64,000 bases of DNA from Camelus dromedarius (taxonomy: Eukaryota), in the NCBI RefSeq assembly GCF_036321535.1, contig NC_087437.1, positions 87,794,001-87,858,000 of the forward strand. Direction: 5' to 3'. Positions 25,470 to 38,635 of the stretch are shown here, piece by piece. The translations under genes and the position numbers were made by a program. Under the pieces are notes generated by a model. The model worked only from the letters and a program-made list of their open reading frames with translations. It searched no databases and was not told where the DNA came from. Each line of letters starts with the position of its first letter. Position 1 is the first letter of the stretch.

Positions 25470-26039
25470 CTTGGGTTGGAAATTAGAATAAGTTTTCCCA
25501 TAGAAATAAAAGTCTGCATAACTAAAACTTCCCAGATAATTAGTACTGTAATTCAGCTGCTTTATATGACTTTGTGGCCTGGCCACGATAAACTACCTCA
25601 TATAACATCAATATTATTAGAAAAATACATTTGGAGTTTTAAAATAACTGAAAAATCATTTTTTGAAAATATACTGTCCATTATTTGGGAAATGTCAATA
25701 AATTAAGAATACAAAGGATGAAATCAAAGTTAGAGTTCTGTAAAATCATAGAATTTTACATAATTTTAGTGAACATACTTTTAAAATATTTTGCAATGAC
25801 AAATGATCAAACTGTAAATAGCAAATTCTAGGAAGCAGAGAGCTTTGTCCAGTATAAAGGAGGTATGAGAATTCAAGTCATATATTCATGTGTTAATTTT
25901 TTATTCTAATTCAACTGACTGTATATTTTTGTTTTTATTTTATGCAGACTTAGTAACACTGGACAAATATCTCCCTTTTTATCCAAAATATCACATTCAT
26001 TTTGCTTTTTACTAGATTATGATAATTAGCATGCTTGTA

Positions 26040-28750
26040 CAACAGAGCAAAATTTCTCTTGACCCCACACTTAACTACTATTCAATTTCTTTCCTCCCTA
26101 TGCAGCAAAACTGTATGAAAGAGTTGCTCTACTTATAATTTCTAATTCCTTTCCTCTCATTCTCTCTTCAGCCCACTCCAATCAAATCTTAAGTCCACCT
26201 TTCTACCAAACCTATTCCTGTCAATACTACTACTGATGTCCCTGTTGTCCAAGCCAATGGTCAGTTTCCTGCCCTTGCTTGGCATGATGGCAGCATTTGG
26301 CACAGATGATCAGTCCCTCCTTCTTGATGGATTTTCCAGGATACCTGCCACTCAGTTTTTGTTCTATCTCTTAACACTTCACCTAATTACTTGGTTATTC
26401 CTCTCAGTCCACTTCCTTAGTGACCTTCTGTAGTTCCAGGACTTCAAGTTAGTACTTTAAAGGCACTGTTCCATCATCTTGTGCTATGATTTCCGACTGG
26501 AAGTTTATGGTTTCTGGATCATCACTCTCCTGTAAGTAAAGATTCCTTTTTCTCTTGCTATGTTCAAGATATTCTTTGGTTTTCAGAAGTTTGACAATGA
26601 TTTGACCAGGCATAGTTTGAGTTATATTTACCTTCCTCTGGGTTTGCTTAGCTTCTTCAATCTGTAGTATTGTATATTTCATCAAATCAGAGAAATTTTC
26701 AGTCTGTTTTTTTTTCCTTCAAATACTTTTTCTGGTTCATTCTCTTTCTTCTCTTCTGGACGTCAATTACAGCTGTGTTAGAATTTTTGATGTTGCCCAC
26801 AGATCCTAAATCTATGTTCAAATTTCTGAATCTTTATATTTTGTTTTTTCAGAATGGATAATTTATACAGATATGTCTTCAAGTTCACTGACTCTTTCCC
26901 TTGTCATTTTCATTCTGCTGTTAAGCTTATCCAGGAAATTCTTTAATACAGATATTGTGTTTTTTAGTTCTAGAATTTTCAATAGATTCTTTTTTTATGT
27001 TTCCTGTTTTTCTGATGAAATTTTCTATATTTTCATTTATTATAACTACATTTACCTTATTGGGTACAGTTAAACTAGCTACTTTAAAATCTTTGTCTGC
27101 TAATTTCAACATCCACATTATCTCAGAGTTGGCCTCCATTAATTGTTATTTCTTTCTAGAATGATCACATTTTCCTGATTCTTTATACATTGAGTAATTT
27201 CAGGTTATAGTCATAGCACTGAAAATTATATGTGGTAGGGTCTCCATATTCTATTTTATTCTTCCAAAGAGTAAAATATTTGTTTAACCAGATGGTCAAT
27301 TTAACTGGACTCAAACTACAAACACTCTCACCAGAGGCAGTTTAAATAGCAGTTCACTTCTTTTGTCCTTAACTGAAATCTTTCTCAATTATCTATGGTT
27401 CAAGCATCAGCCAGAGTGTTGATAGAGTTGATATACAGAGAGTAGGGCATTTACACTCCAGCTCTTTGTTGCCCTATTACTTTGTACTCTCTGTGATTGC
27501 CCTCAGACTTTATCTACTGATTCTTCAGGTCAGAAAAAAATAAGCTTTTCTATTGGAGTTTAAAACATTCTTTGCAGAAACTAGATAAAAGATGGCACTC
27601 AAGCGAAAAGTTGCAGAAAATGGAAAACTCATTTAAGGTCAATTACTTCATACATGTTTCAATTTTCCTCCATAACCTGCCTGTTTTGTTAACTTCTCAG
27701 TGCCTTTGAGTAGTTCTTTTAGGATTTTGTTTAGAATTTATTGTTGTTAATTGCAAGATAGAGGGCTGTTAGACTACTCAAACATACAAATAGAGAATCA
27801 GCCCTCAGTTCAGCCCCATGATTTAAATATTACCTGTATGCCTGAAACTCCTTAATTAAATATCTCCAACCAAGATCTTCCAGACTCAGGTATCTAACTG
27901 CATGCTCAGTGTTCCAGTTGGCTGTGAGATAGATATCTAAAACCTAATATTTCCAAGGTAAATCTCTTGATCTTTCCTCCAATCCCAAACTTGTCAGACA
28001 GCCTTCCCTGTCTCAACTGCATCCTTCCAGTAACTAAGGACAGAAAAGTTATAGTTCACTTGACTCCTCCCTTTATCTCATAATCCTTCATCTAGTACAG
28101 TAGGAAATCCTGTTAGCTATACCTTTAAAATATGTTCTTCATTGAATCACTTGTGCTCACCTTCACAATGGCCACTATCATCCCTTGCCTGGATTACAGC
28201 AATAACCTAACCGCTCTCATAACTACCTTGCCCCTTTGGTCTCTATTTACCACAGTAGGGAGAGTAAGCCTCTAAAAAGGCAAATCGGATCATTTCACTC
28301 CTCATTTCAACACTGTAATGGAGCCCTGTTTCACTCAAGGTGAAAGCCAAATTCTGTAAAATGTGCTGTAAGCCCCCATAATCCACCTTCTGCTACCTCT
28401 CTAGCCTCTGCTCCTACTGCCTGCCTACACGTTTGCTTTTTCTAAGACTTTTGCTCTAGTTGTTGCCTTTCTCTGGAACACTCTTCCTCAGAATATCAGG
28501 TTAGTTAACCTCCTCACCTCTATCAAGTGTCTGCTCAAATCTTACCTTCAGAATGAGACCACTTTGACCATCCTATTTAATACTGCAACTATCTCACTCA
28601 TCCCACTCTTCCAATCATTTTTGTCTGTGTCACCCTGCAAGAATGAAGTTCACTGAAGGCGTAGATCTCTGTCCCCCGGATATCTCAAGTACCTAAAACA
28701 GTAGCTGACACATAGTAGTTGTTCAATAAATGTGTGTTGAATAAATAAAT
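26040..28750 (+). mobile_element. Long L2 relic split by an antisense L1 (L2 parts ~26040-26445 and ~27800-28750)
   Basis: cagcatttggcacagatgatcagtccctccttcttga on the left. On the right, ccatgatttaaatattacctgtatgcctgaaactcc...gacacatagtagttgttcaataaatgtgtgttgaataaataaatg (L2 3' end). Confidence 0.8.
26450..27790 (-). mobile_element. Old L1 5'UTR plus decayed ORF1
   Basis: Minus-strand ORFs 26449-26685 (LQIEEAKQTQRKVN...IIVKLLKTKE) and 26927-27139 (MLKLADKDFKVA) are L1 ORF1p-like. Confidence 0.85.
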
Positions 28751-30569
28751 GTTAAGCCCAGTCTTGTCTAATTTTAGAAAACAGAATCTTAGTCATTTCC
28801 TGTTATCCTTGGTCATTTCAGGCTTAAGCATAGTTCATTCAAAATTTCCTTTCTTCTTCTTTCTCCTCAACTCAGTACCTAATTTTCAGGGGACTTATGT
28901 GGAGGAGAAGGAGGCCAAGAGGGTACATCTGGCCTGTGGCTGCCCTCTGTAATACAACTGTGATCTGCTGAGATGGCCTCTGCCTCTCCTGGTCTCTGCT
29001 CCTGCCTCCATCCCCATTGCTCTTCTGAGAGTAAGTCATTAGTCCATGGTCTGCAGTGGCATTAAACAACCAAAACAGAGAAGTCACTTTAGGTGGCTAA
29101 TTCTTTCTTTCAGCCAATTTTGCACCCTCTTTGAAGGCAGTTGGAAAAAAAATCTTATTTTCCTGTGCATCTCTGGAGTCACCAAAACCCTAAATCTTTA
29201 TCAAGACTTAGATATCACAAAAAAAAAAAACAAAAAAAAAACCGTAAGAACTCACACCTTTATCAATAAGGGAAATATCTTCAAGAGTAGAGCCTACTGA
29301 CATCCCAGAACTAGCGCCCTCTACTTTTGGATATCCAAACTTAGCTTGAGGGTTTTATCAGTATTCTTCCCTCTGTTTTAAAATAACCCTGGGTAGGCAA
29401 TAGAAGCAGAGCATGGGCCCAGCCCCAAGTAAGTTTATATTGCTTTCTCTCCTTTTCTACTGCCCTCTACAGTTCAAAGGAGCTTATGGCAGGAGTGGGG
29501 GAAATTTGGAACTGGATAACAAATATTCTTCCTAAATATTTCCTTCTTGCATAGGAAGTAAAGCTCTTGAGTTTAAAAGCCAAGGATTTGCTGACTTTTT
29601 TCCTCCAAATCCTCCAATGATAACATCTGATGACTAATTCCTGGATGCCTGGCACTGGAATGAAGGGTCTCAAAGTCCAAGAAAAGAAAATCAAAGAAGT
29701 TTAAATGTGGGGGAAGGAAGTCAGGCAGAAAAGGGAGGAAGTGAAGGTCTGGAGGATATTTCAGTCAACACTTCAAAATAGTCACAAATATTAGCTCTAA
29801 TCTTTATCACTAGAAGACCTTATTATACATGAGTTAGCCTTTTGTTAAAAAATAATCATGTAGCAAAAAGAATAAAAGATGAGAAAATGCAGTTAATCTT
29901 TTCTCACAAGATAGGTTTCCATAGTAATGTTGAACTTACCCAGTATTTTCTTGAAACTAAAGAACATATATTAGCTCTGAGGTCTGATGAATTGAGAAAA
30001 TATCAAATTAGATAAAAGTGTGCAAGCCTTCCTGGCTGAGCCTAAGTATGGTTTAGAGATTCAGGAACACAAAGTGAAGAAAGAAAAAGAATTATCCTCC
30101 TTTGACATAAAGTATTGAGAAACAACCTGACTTAACATATTAGCATCAAATAAAGCCAGAATCTAAATGAAGAAATTCTTTGCCTTAATGAAGGTCATAT
30201 GTAAACATACAGAGAATTCCACACTAGCTTTAAAAGGAAACTTGGGAAATTAACTTCCACACATGATTAACTTTGAGGTTTTTAGAGGAAAGTAACTGCC
30301 TATATCCTGAGTAATATTATTTAAAATTTAGTTTCTTGTGTAATTAATGAAGCAATTGAAAGTGATTACCTTTTTATTGCAAGTGAGTAAAATTTTTTTT
30401 TTAAGTTAAATTCTCAGGATATTTGTATAGACTTTTCCCTTCCCTGGGCACAATCTCCCCAGCCCAGGTTCTGCCTCAGCTGAAATAGGAGAGAGACTTC
30501 CTGGATGCTCTGCTCAAGAAGGTCACATCCAGGTCATTTCTATTATTCATTAACTCTAAAGCCTGTTTA

Positions 30570-30755
30570 TATAATTTTGTAAATTATATGATTGTTTATG
30601 TATTTATTCCTTTATCATCTGCTTCCTACGCCATAGATTATAAACTCCACGAAACAAGCTGTGGCTTTACTTAGTTGGTCCAAGTATATCCATCATTCAG
30701 CGTGATGCTTAGTACAGAGCAGGTAATCAATTAAATGTTTGTTAAATGAGTAACA
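30570..30755 (+). mobile_element. L2 3' end
   Basis: tagattataaactccacgaaac...tgcttagtacagagcaggtaatcaattaaatgtttgttaaatgagt. Confidence 0.75.
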
Positions 30756-31430
30756 GACAAAAGAAATAAAATATGCAGTTAATTGCTCAGAGAATTTTTT
30801 AAGTGACTCATGGTTTTTTGAATGACAAATATACTAATACTTCTTAAATGTAATGATTTTTTTTTTTTAATCTTCTTCCAAGACTCTATCGCTTCCAAAA
30901 CTGTAGAATGCTATGCTGGTACATGTCAAACAACCTGCTCTCTGAATGAAAAGGAATGTATGTATATATGTCCATGAGTTTTTTGTAAATTTTACTGACA
31001 TAAATGATGTACAGCATATAATTTACAAATAATAATAAAATATACACTATTCTTTATTGAAAACTCCCATATAGCCAATTCATTCTCACAGAATGCTTTT
31101 GATAATTTTTGCCAAACTCTTGTATCCATAGGCAATCTATATTTGAAACTCAAAAATGAGTGTAATTCCAATGTGGATGTTGGTTGACATTTTTGTTTAT
31201 GTTTTGAGTACAATAAAAATGACAAAACAGACACACATGTCAGCACTTCACACATTTGTTAACAGTGCGAGAAACTTTTTCCTTAGCCAGACTAATAGCT
31301 TTCAAACACTGGAAGAATATTTTCTCAAATTCTTGTGGTCCTCACAATGTAACATCTGTATCCACAACATATTTTAAGTTTAATCTGCATCATTCATATG
31401 TTGTTTTCCATTACTTTCTTATGTGTAGAC

Positions 31431-31697
31431 CAGAAGTAGAAAAACTTTCTCTATAAAGAGTCAAATAGTAAATATTTTAGACTATAATGCCCATATAGTC
31501 TCTGCTATAATTACTCCTCTTTGCCATTATAATACAAAAGGGGCCATAGACAGTGTATAAAAAAGTAGGTGTGTCTGTGTTCCAATAAAACTTGAACTAT
31601 TTCCAACATTACAACTATGTACAAATAGTACAACTCTGTACAAAAGCAAGCAATGGGCTAGATTTGGGCCAAAAGATGTAGTTTGACAACCCTTTGC
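31431..31697 (+). mobile_element. MER58A-like hAT-Charlie MITE
   Basis: aaacttttctctataaagagtcaaatagtaaatattttag...ctgtgttccaataaaactt...gggctagatttgggcc...gtagtttgacaaccc. Confidence 0.85.
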
Positions 31698-31739
31698 CTA
31701 GATAATAAACAGAACTCTAAATCTGACCCAAATTTTAGT

Positions 31740-32097
31740 ACTTGCCATTTTTACGGGTAAAGACTTCCATACTGCTGATTTCAAGCTACCAATGTGACAT
31801 TACTGCATGCTGAGTTAGGAAGAGATGAACAGGAGGATAGAAACCACTCTATAGCACATCTAGTATATTACAGATAGAATATATATAAGTAAAGAGTATG
31901 AATAACAGCAACAGGTATTAAAATAATTAGAAAGTCATGAGTTGTATTTATTAACTTTCTTTTTAACATATTTTATTGATGTAGTTTATGTAATTTAATT
32001 TTTTTAATGGCTGTGTTTAAAAATTGACTCACCAAATTACTGAAAATTTAACAATCTGTCTCCTGAGCTCACAGAAATAGGCTTCTGCACATCACAG
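31740..32097 (+). mobile_element. MER63-like hAT-Blackjack element
   Basis: gctgatttcaagctaccaatgtgaca...aatggctgtgtttaaaaattgactcaccaaattactgaaaatttaacaatc...ctgcacatcacag. Confidence 0.8.
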
Positions 32098-32099
32098 TT

Positions 32100-33030
32100 G
32101 TATCTCCTTCCTTGAAATTCTCTCTACCCTCTGCATCTCCCGTTTCAATCAGGTTCTCTTCTGTCTTCTTTGACCTTCCTTTATTTATTCTCAGGTAGCT
32201 CCTTCTCCTATTCTCATTTTCAATTTATAGGATTCCATGTAACTCTGTTCTTCTGTCTCTACATAATCCCACAGCATGTTCTCTTAGTTTAATTTCAACT
32301 ATTAATCATTACTGATTATACTGAAAAAAATTTATATATATATAATATATATTTATATATATATATACACACACAAAATTTTAAAGTGACTGTCCATTAT
32401 AAAGCTATTAAACAGTACAAGTAGACATTTAATTCAGCTATAGGGAAACATAATACATGCAACATTTTTCCATCATAAAAATAATAGCAATGAAAATGAT
32501 TAAAATTCAGAGTATTCTAAAGTGAAATTAAAACACATTTAAGAAATGTGTATGTATATACATATATTTCCATGTGGAAGTTTTTGACTCCCTACTGTCA
32601 TTTCAAATTTAATGAGCCTAAAATCAGTCATCAGTAATCAAATTTTCCCTCATGATTTAATTGTTCAAAGTACTTTTGTAAGTAATACAAAGCTGAAATT
32701 TCTAGTTCAACTTATCCTTGGCCTGTATCCCTTCTTATCAACATTTCCTGCCAAATATCTTCTATTTTATCTCTCTCTAGTCACATTTCCACCACTCAGA
32801 ACATACCTGAATTACAGCAATTACCTCTCAACTGATCTCCCCATCTTCAACATTACCATTCTTTTAGGATTTCTTATAATGTAGTGAGGCTTATTTATTC
32901 TAAATCCTGAGTTTATCATACTTAAACCCTTGATTAAGGCCTAACATGGATTTTATTTCCTACCTCACTAAGCTTAAATTCCATACCTCAGTTTCAAAGG
33001 CTTCATAATTTAGCCAAGTGTATCTTTACT
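32100..33030 (+). mobile_element. Highly decayed L2 containing a non-L2 insert (~32335-32568)
   Basis: tctccttccttgaaattctctctacc on the left. On the right, tttccatgtggaag...catttcaaatttaat and cctgaattacagcaattacctctcaactgatctccc. Confidence 0.55.
32374..32546 (+). repeat. Copy 1 of a ~173-bp direct duplication
   Basis: Aligns by eye to 34278-34452 with about 13 substitutions and 2 single-base indels. Confidence 0.95.
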
Positions 33031-33134
33031 AATTCAGTATCTCCTGAAGTAAACAAAATTTTTAGATACTGTCACTTGTATTTCATCTACATATGGGTTC
33101 TTGGGAAATAACTAGTTGATTTATCTCAGTTAAT

Positions 33135-33202
33135 TTTTTTTGGCTTTTTTAATTGAAATATAGTTGATTTATAATGTGTTAATTTCTGATGTATAGCATA
33201 GG
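33135..33202 (-). mobile_element. Very short L1 3'-end fragment
   Basis: ttttttaattgaaatatagttgatttataatgtgttaatttctgatgtatagcatag is the reverse complement of the L1 tail seen at 15770-15820 and 43605-43650. It is flanked by gttaat on both sides. Confidence 0.75.
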
Positions 33203-33628
33203 GTTAATACATTTTTAAATGGTTGGAGCTACGTTAGGAAAATCAAAAGATATGCTTCCACTGAAGAATAAAAATATAATATATAAAAGAAGAGGTAGAT
33301 ATCCTAAAGATGCTTTATAATAAAAACTTATTTATCCATTCATTCAATAGAGTGAATAAACAGGCCAAGTCCTAGGAATTTTTCTATATTCTGAGAACAC
33401 TAGCATGAATAAGACACATTTTCTGACTTCAGAAAGCTGCAATATACTCAAATAACATTATAATCAATATATTTTTAAAATAACATTACCTCAGAAAGTT
33501 GGCACATTTGGGTGAAAATGTATTAAAAGCTAAAAAAATCACATGTTGTGTCAAGGGCTATATAAAGGGCTTATTGAAGAATATTTCCTTCATTAGATAA
33601 ATTAGATATACTATTTAACAGAGTATTT

Positions 33629-33640
33629 TATATACATGTA

Positions 33641-33710
<70 letters not shown>
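33629..33710. repeat. Compound (TG)5(TA)12(TG)14(TA)4 microsatellite
   Basis: Direct reading; 82 bp of alternating pyrimidine-purine sequence. Confidence 0.95.
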
Positions 33711-34277
33711 AAATTCCAAGCAATAGTAAATATTATAAGGATATTTGAAAATATTTTATCTCATTCCAAATTCTAATAGGGATTTTGATGGTCTAAACAT
33801 TTGAATTAGTCTATTTTTATGGAGAAGTATATTTACATTTCTGTACACTTTTGGCTGTTTTGGAGACCACAAACAGTTTTGGGTTATAATGTGTTCTACC
33901 CAGCAAATTGATATTGCTACTCCCACAACAGCATACATTTTTACATGCGGATTCATTAGTTTTAATGATTACATGCTCCAGAAAATGAATTGAAGATGTT
34001 TAAAAGCCCTTTACAAACATCTTTTCTAAAATGCTGATCTTAGACCATATGTAATCTGTTAAGCAACTATTAATATTACATGAATACTACAGATATAAAA
34101 ATATTACAATGATCATTTAAAAATTACTTAGTTGGCTTCTCTAAATAAAAGTACATGCTATTTACTTTCCCGTTAATAAATAGGACAACTGCATAATGTG
34201 GAGATTTTTTTCCTAATATAATTTCAGTAAAAAGTCCTCTATTGCAAAAAAATTGAAATTCCACTATGAACAACTCT

Positions 34278-34452
34278 CAAAATTTTAGAAGTGACTATCC
34301 ATTATAAAGTTATTAAAGAGTACAAGCAAGTATTTAACTCAGCTATAGGGAAACATAATACATGAAATATTTTTGCATCATAAAAATAATAGTAATGAAT
34401 AATGATTAAAATCCAGAGTATTCTAAAGTGAAATTAAAACACATTTAAGAAA
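34278..34452 (+). repeat. Copy 2 (probable donor) of the ~173-bp direct duplication
   Basis: See 32374-32546. Confidence 0.95.
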
Positions 34453-36859
34453 CATATACAATTTTAAGGATATAATATAGATATTGTTTACCCACCTGGA
34501 TTTCATGAAATTCTTAATCTTCATTGTTATATGAAGCCTTAAAAATTAGCTTCCTTTGGTTCAGGGGATTAAGTAGAAATCTGTCTTCTCTGTTCCATTA
34601 GCTCTAGTGGTAGACATTAAATTTCCTTCTTGGAATTAAATGTCTTAAGAATGTGTAAAGACAGAAAACGAATCTTTCTGGTGAACATTTTCTTGAACAA
34701 CTTTGTGTTTCTAATGTGATAATCTGTGTTATCTTTAAACCACAATTAAGCCACTTAAAAGTAACTTAGAGCTGAGTAAGAAAGTTGAGCAAAGATCTAT
34801 TTCAGTCCTAAAATGCTATGAGCTCATACTATAAGCCTTTTTTTAATTGCCTCAAGAACTCATAACACATTTTTTTCTAAAGTCAATGTGGATATCATAT
34901 CTTTTATCTAATAAGAATTTTTTAAGTTATTCACCAGTTGTCCAGTACCAAACTACATAATAATTGTCAGTGACCAACCCAGTGTCAATTTTAGACAAGA
35001 ATGATATGACAAGACATGAAATACAACTTTTTACTCAATGGCTCATAAACTGATTTTGGAGGCAAATGCAGAAAGGCTTCCTAAATTTGTTGTATAAAAA
35101 GCAATACTATTGGAATATTTGTACAAAGTTTATAGTTTTGAGACAAAAGATACTAGCTTGAATCTAGAAATTATGTATATTTATCAAAAATAAATGTCAC
35201 AACTCTGGAAAGAAAACAGAAACACTAGTGGAAAGAAGGGCAAAAGAGGAAGACAAAGAAGTAGAGATAAGAAGAAAAACTTGCATTCAAAAACCAACTC
35301 TGCAGCCTGCTAGTTGCTTAATCTCAGAAAATTACTTAACTTTTGAGCATCCTTTTTTTTCATATGATTGCTGTGAGAATGATGTGACTGTACATAAAAC
35401 ATTTATTGTACACTGGGTTCTTTTACCTTACAACTGAAATAAATGGTAATTTAATGCTGATTCCTTTTTTACTGAAGGTTACTATATATATACATTCCCA
35501 GTTTTAACATTCTTTTAAAGAAACTATATGACTTATTTGTTCAGGAGCAGGAACCCAGAAATTTGGTCATATACCTAGAGTGTAAGTTACTCTCTATGCT
35601 AGTGAATCATAAGTCTATATTTAAAAGTGAGTCCAAAGTGAAAACTTCAGTATGAATATGGTGGTTACAGTTTGGGGAAGAGTCGCACCTCTAAGGTTTT
35701 GATTCTTTATTTCTTTATGTCTCTCTGTGGGGCTTGTCCTTCTTGTCCTGCAAAATTCACCAGATTGAGAACAGATGTCTCTTCTGAACAGTAAGATCAT
35801 GCCAAGCAGAATTCTTCTAACGACTTTGAAATAAACCAGTACTAAGGCATTTGAGGCTCTGTGGGCATCTTTGGACTTCAGTCATCACAAATTCTGCCGA
35901 GCTACCCTTTGCTCCTGCTGCATGACCTAGCCAGCCCTCGTGGCTCTGCTGCTTCTAAGCCAAGCTCAGCGGTCACAGGGGGCATTTTGTTGAAGCTGCC
36001 CGTGATCCCACCTGCCAAGCCCCCAGTGAGTCATTCTACCCTTAGATCTTGCAGTCTCACCTGCAGTGCTGTGAGATAAGGGAATGGTGATTTTTAATTT
36101 CAAGACCCAGAGGTTTCCTCCTCAGCATCTTCCCTGAACTTCTAAAGCATGGAGAAATCTTCCCAGTCTGGAAGGAACACCAGTTTCCAGTAAGTGTTCA
36201 AGTCATGTCTGTATCCATGAATCCCCTTTTAACTCCTCCGTCATCCCTCCAAATCCTTTTAAAGACTTAGGCTTTTAGAAAGTGAAGCCCTGACAGGCTA
36301 GTCATCTCCTTTCCAACCTCCTCATGCCTGGTTTGATGTCCACAATAGATAAATACTTCCTTAAATGGACAAAAGGAATAGGAAAACAGAATACAAGAGG
36401 AAAACTATAGATTCACATCCTGAAATGTTATCATTCCAAAAGGGCATAATTTCACTTTTTTTCCCCCACTGAAATCATTTGAAATACATAAAGGGTCTTC
36501 AGAAAATCATACTCCCCTAATCCAGATATGTTGCTTCTGTTTTTTTAAGTAATTATTTTAGGTCCAGTCATGATAGACTTTACAGGGGAAACAGAGGGTG
36601 GTAGAGTCTATGGCAAAAAATGGCCCTTTTTCCAGTGATTTTTACCTCCCCAACTTTCACATTATAGAAATCTGGGTAGAAAAGTAAGGAGGGGTGTGGT
36701 AGGAAAGGCCTACCATCTAACTCAAGTAGTCTTGCTTAAAAATAGAATCCCAAAGGATACTCAATCTGTTCTCTACTTCAGAAGTGATGTATAACCTCTA
36801 GCCTTACTAACCCATGAGTTTTATTGTTTATTCACAAACACAAGTTATATATTGTGACT

Positions 36860-37200
36860 CTCTCTCCAGCATCTTCAACCTTCTCTCCTCTGATTCCCTC
36901 TGGTTAGCATTTGAACAAGCTTAACTCTCTTAAATCTTGAAACACAGAAGCCTTCCGTCTACTTATAAACCTTCATTTCCCCTCCCTCTTCAACCTTCAG
37001 ACCCAAACTTGATGAAAATGTCTACAGTTGGTCTCCAAAATCTCTCCACCCATCTTTCTTCAAACCACACAATGATAAACACTCTAAAGAAGCAGTTCCG
37101 ACCAATTCTACTTCCTCGTTGCTGTATCCAATGGAAACTTCTCAGTTCTCATTTCTAGTTCTTCTGGTCTGTGTCCTCCATTCAACTTTTAGCTCTATAA
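36860..37200 (+). mobile_element. L2 fragment
   Basis: atcttcaaccttctctcctctgattccctc...agcatttgaacaagct...cccctccctcttcaaccttcagacccaaacttg. Confidence 0.55.
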
Positions 37201-38635
37201 GGGCACCTGTGTATAGTGACTAGCATGTAGAACTTATCCCCAAGCCCATTACCTAATAAATGAAAAATAGAAGTGCACGGAAAGCAGTAGTTCTGCCTAA
37301 ATCACAGTTTCCAGCAAGGAAGATATATGCTCTTGAAAAACAAAGACTTCGTCTTCAGCCTGAAACTAATTCAGATATGCCTAGGATTTTAGTTTTGTTA
37401 TTTCGGTTTTCTTTGTTGCTTTACTATTGCTACTGGATTTTGCAATATATTTCTTCCCTGGATCTTGGGAAAGATTTTTGGAATATTCTCTTCAAACTGA
37501 TTTTCCACCCACACTATTCCTGGGAATCAATTCCAAACTAAGAAGAACAAATTCTATCAAATAATTCAAAATATTCAGCTGTAACTAATCTTTCTCAGGC
37601 TCATCCTGAAATAAATCTTCATATTATAAAATTTCAAGCTACTTTTACCTTGGTGATTATGTTACTTTTAATAGTAGGGAATTTTCATGGTAGGGAAATT
37701 GCTGTATTTTATGTTCCATTTTATAATACAAATATCTTGTTTTTACAATAATTCAATAACTAGCATGCAATTAATGGAACCAAACTGGCTTGTCTAAAGA
37801 TACACTTAAGTAATCTAAGGAGACAAATGTAATTTTTCCCAGTATCTATGAAATATTAAACCTTTTTGTGGTTACCCGTTCCATAAATAAAACTTTCACA
37901 CTATCACCATTAATTTGATAACATTTCAAAAATAGTTGAAAACAAAAATAATAATGTGTAAGATATTCAGGAGGAGGAAAGAAGATAATAGAAGAAAAGA
38001 TGGAGAACTTAAAATTGAAGAAAAGAAAGAAAAAATGCATTTTCTACTTCCTTCTGGTTTGAAAATATAGGAACCCTGAAGATCATTTTTGTCTCCAAAG
38101 ATCAATTTTTTTAAAAAATCCTATTATTATTAAATAACTTTTTACAAATAAATCAGCTATTTTATGTATCCTTTTTACCTCTAATTTAATCATAATCCTC
38201 TACATCTTCCCAGGTGGGTGGAAGGGTGGACAGGGAGTGAGGTGCAGTGAAAACTATCTACATCTGAGTAATCACAGCTGACCTTAAAAAGTATGAAGGT
38301 AGAGAAGGAGAAAGTGGAGGGAGGAGGTCCATATAATTCATGGAATTATTACCACTTATAGTTGAACAATTCTTCTTTATAGTAGTCAACAAAAAATATA
38401 AATCTGATTAGCTCACTCCCATCACTAGAGCCTCCATTGTCTGCAAGGATACACGGCCAGGCACACGGGGCCCAGCAGGGTCTGGCGTCTACCTGCCTCT
38501 CTTGACATATCTCAAGATCCTCTCCCATCCATATCCAGGGCTAGAGAAGTGTTAAAATATATGCCTGCTTGCTTCATGCTCTCTCATATCCCCCGGCTTC
38601 TCCATGAGCTAGAACCTATTCAAGACTGTTTCGTA

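Noticed and set aside
35965..35990. cacagggggcat CTCF-like string
   Set aside because: The 5' half of the motif does not match.
37930..38060. Lys/Glu-rich-looking purine tract
   Set aside because: Low-complexity sequence with stops or no splice and start context.
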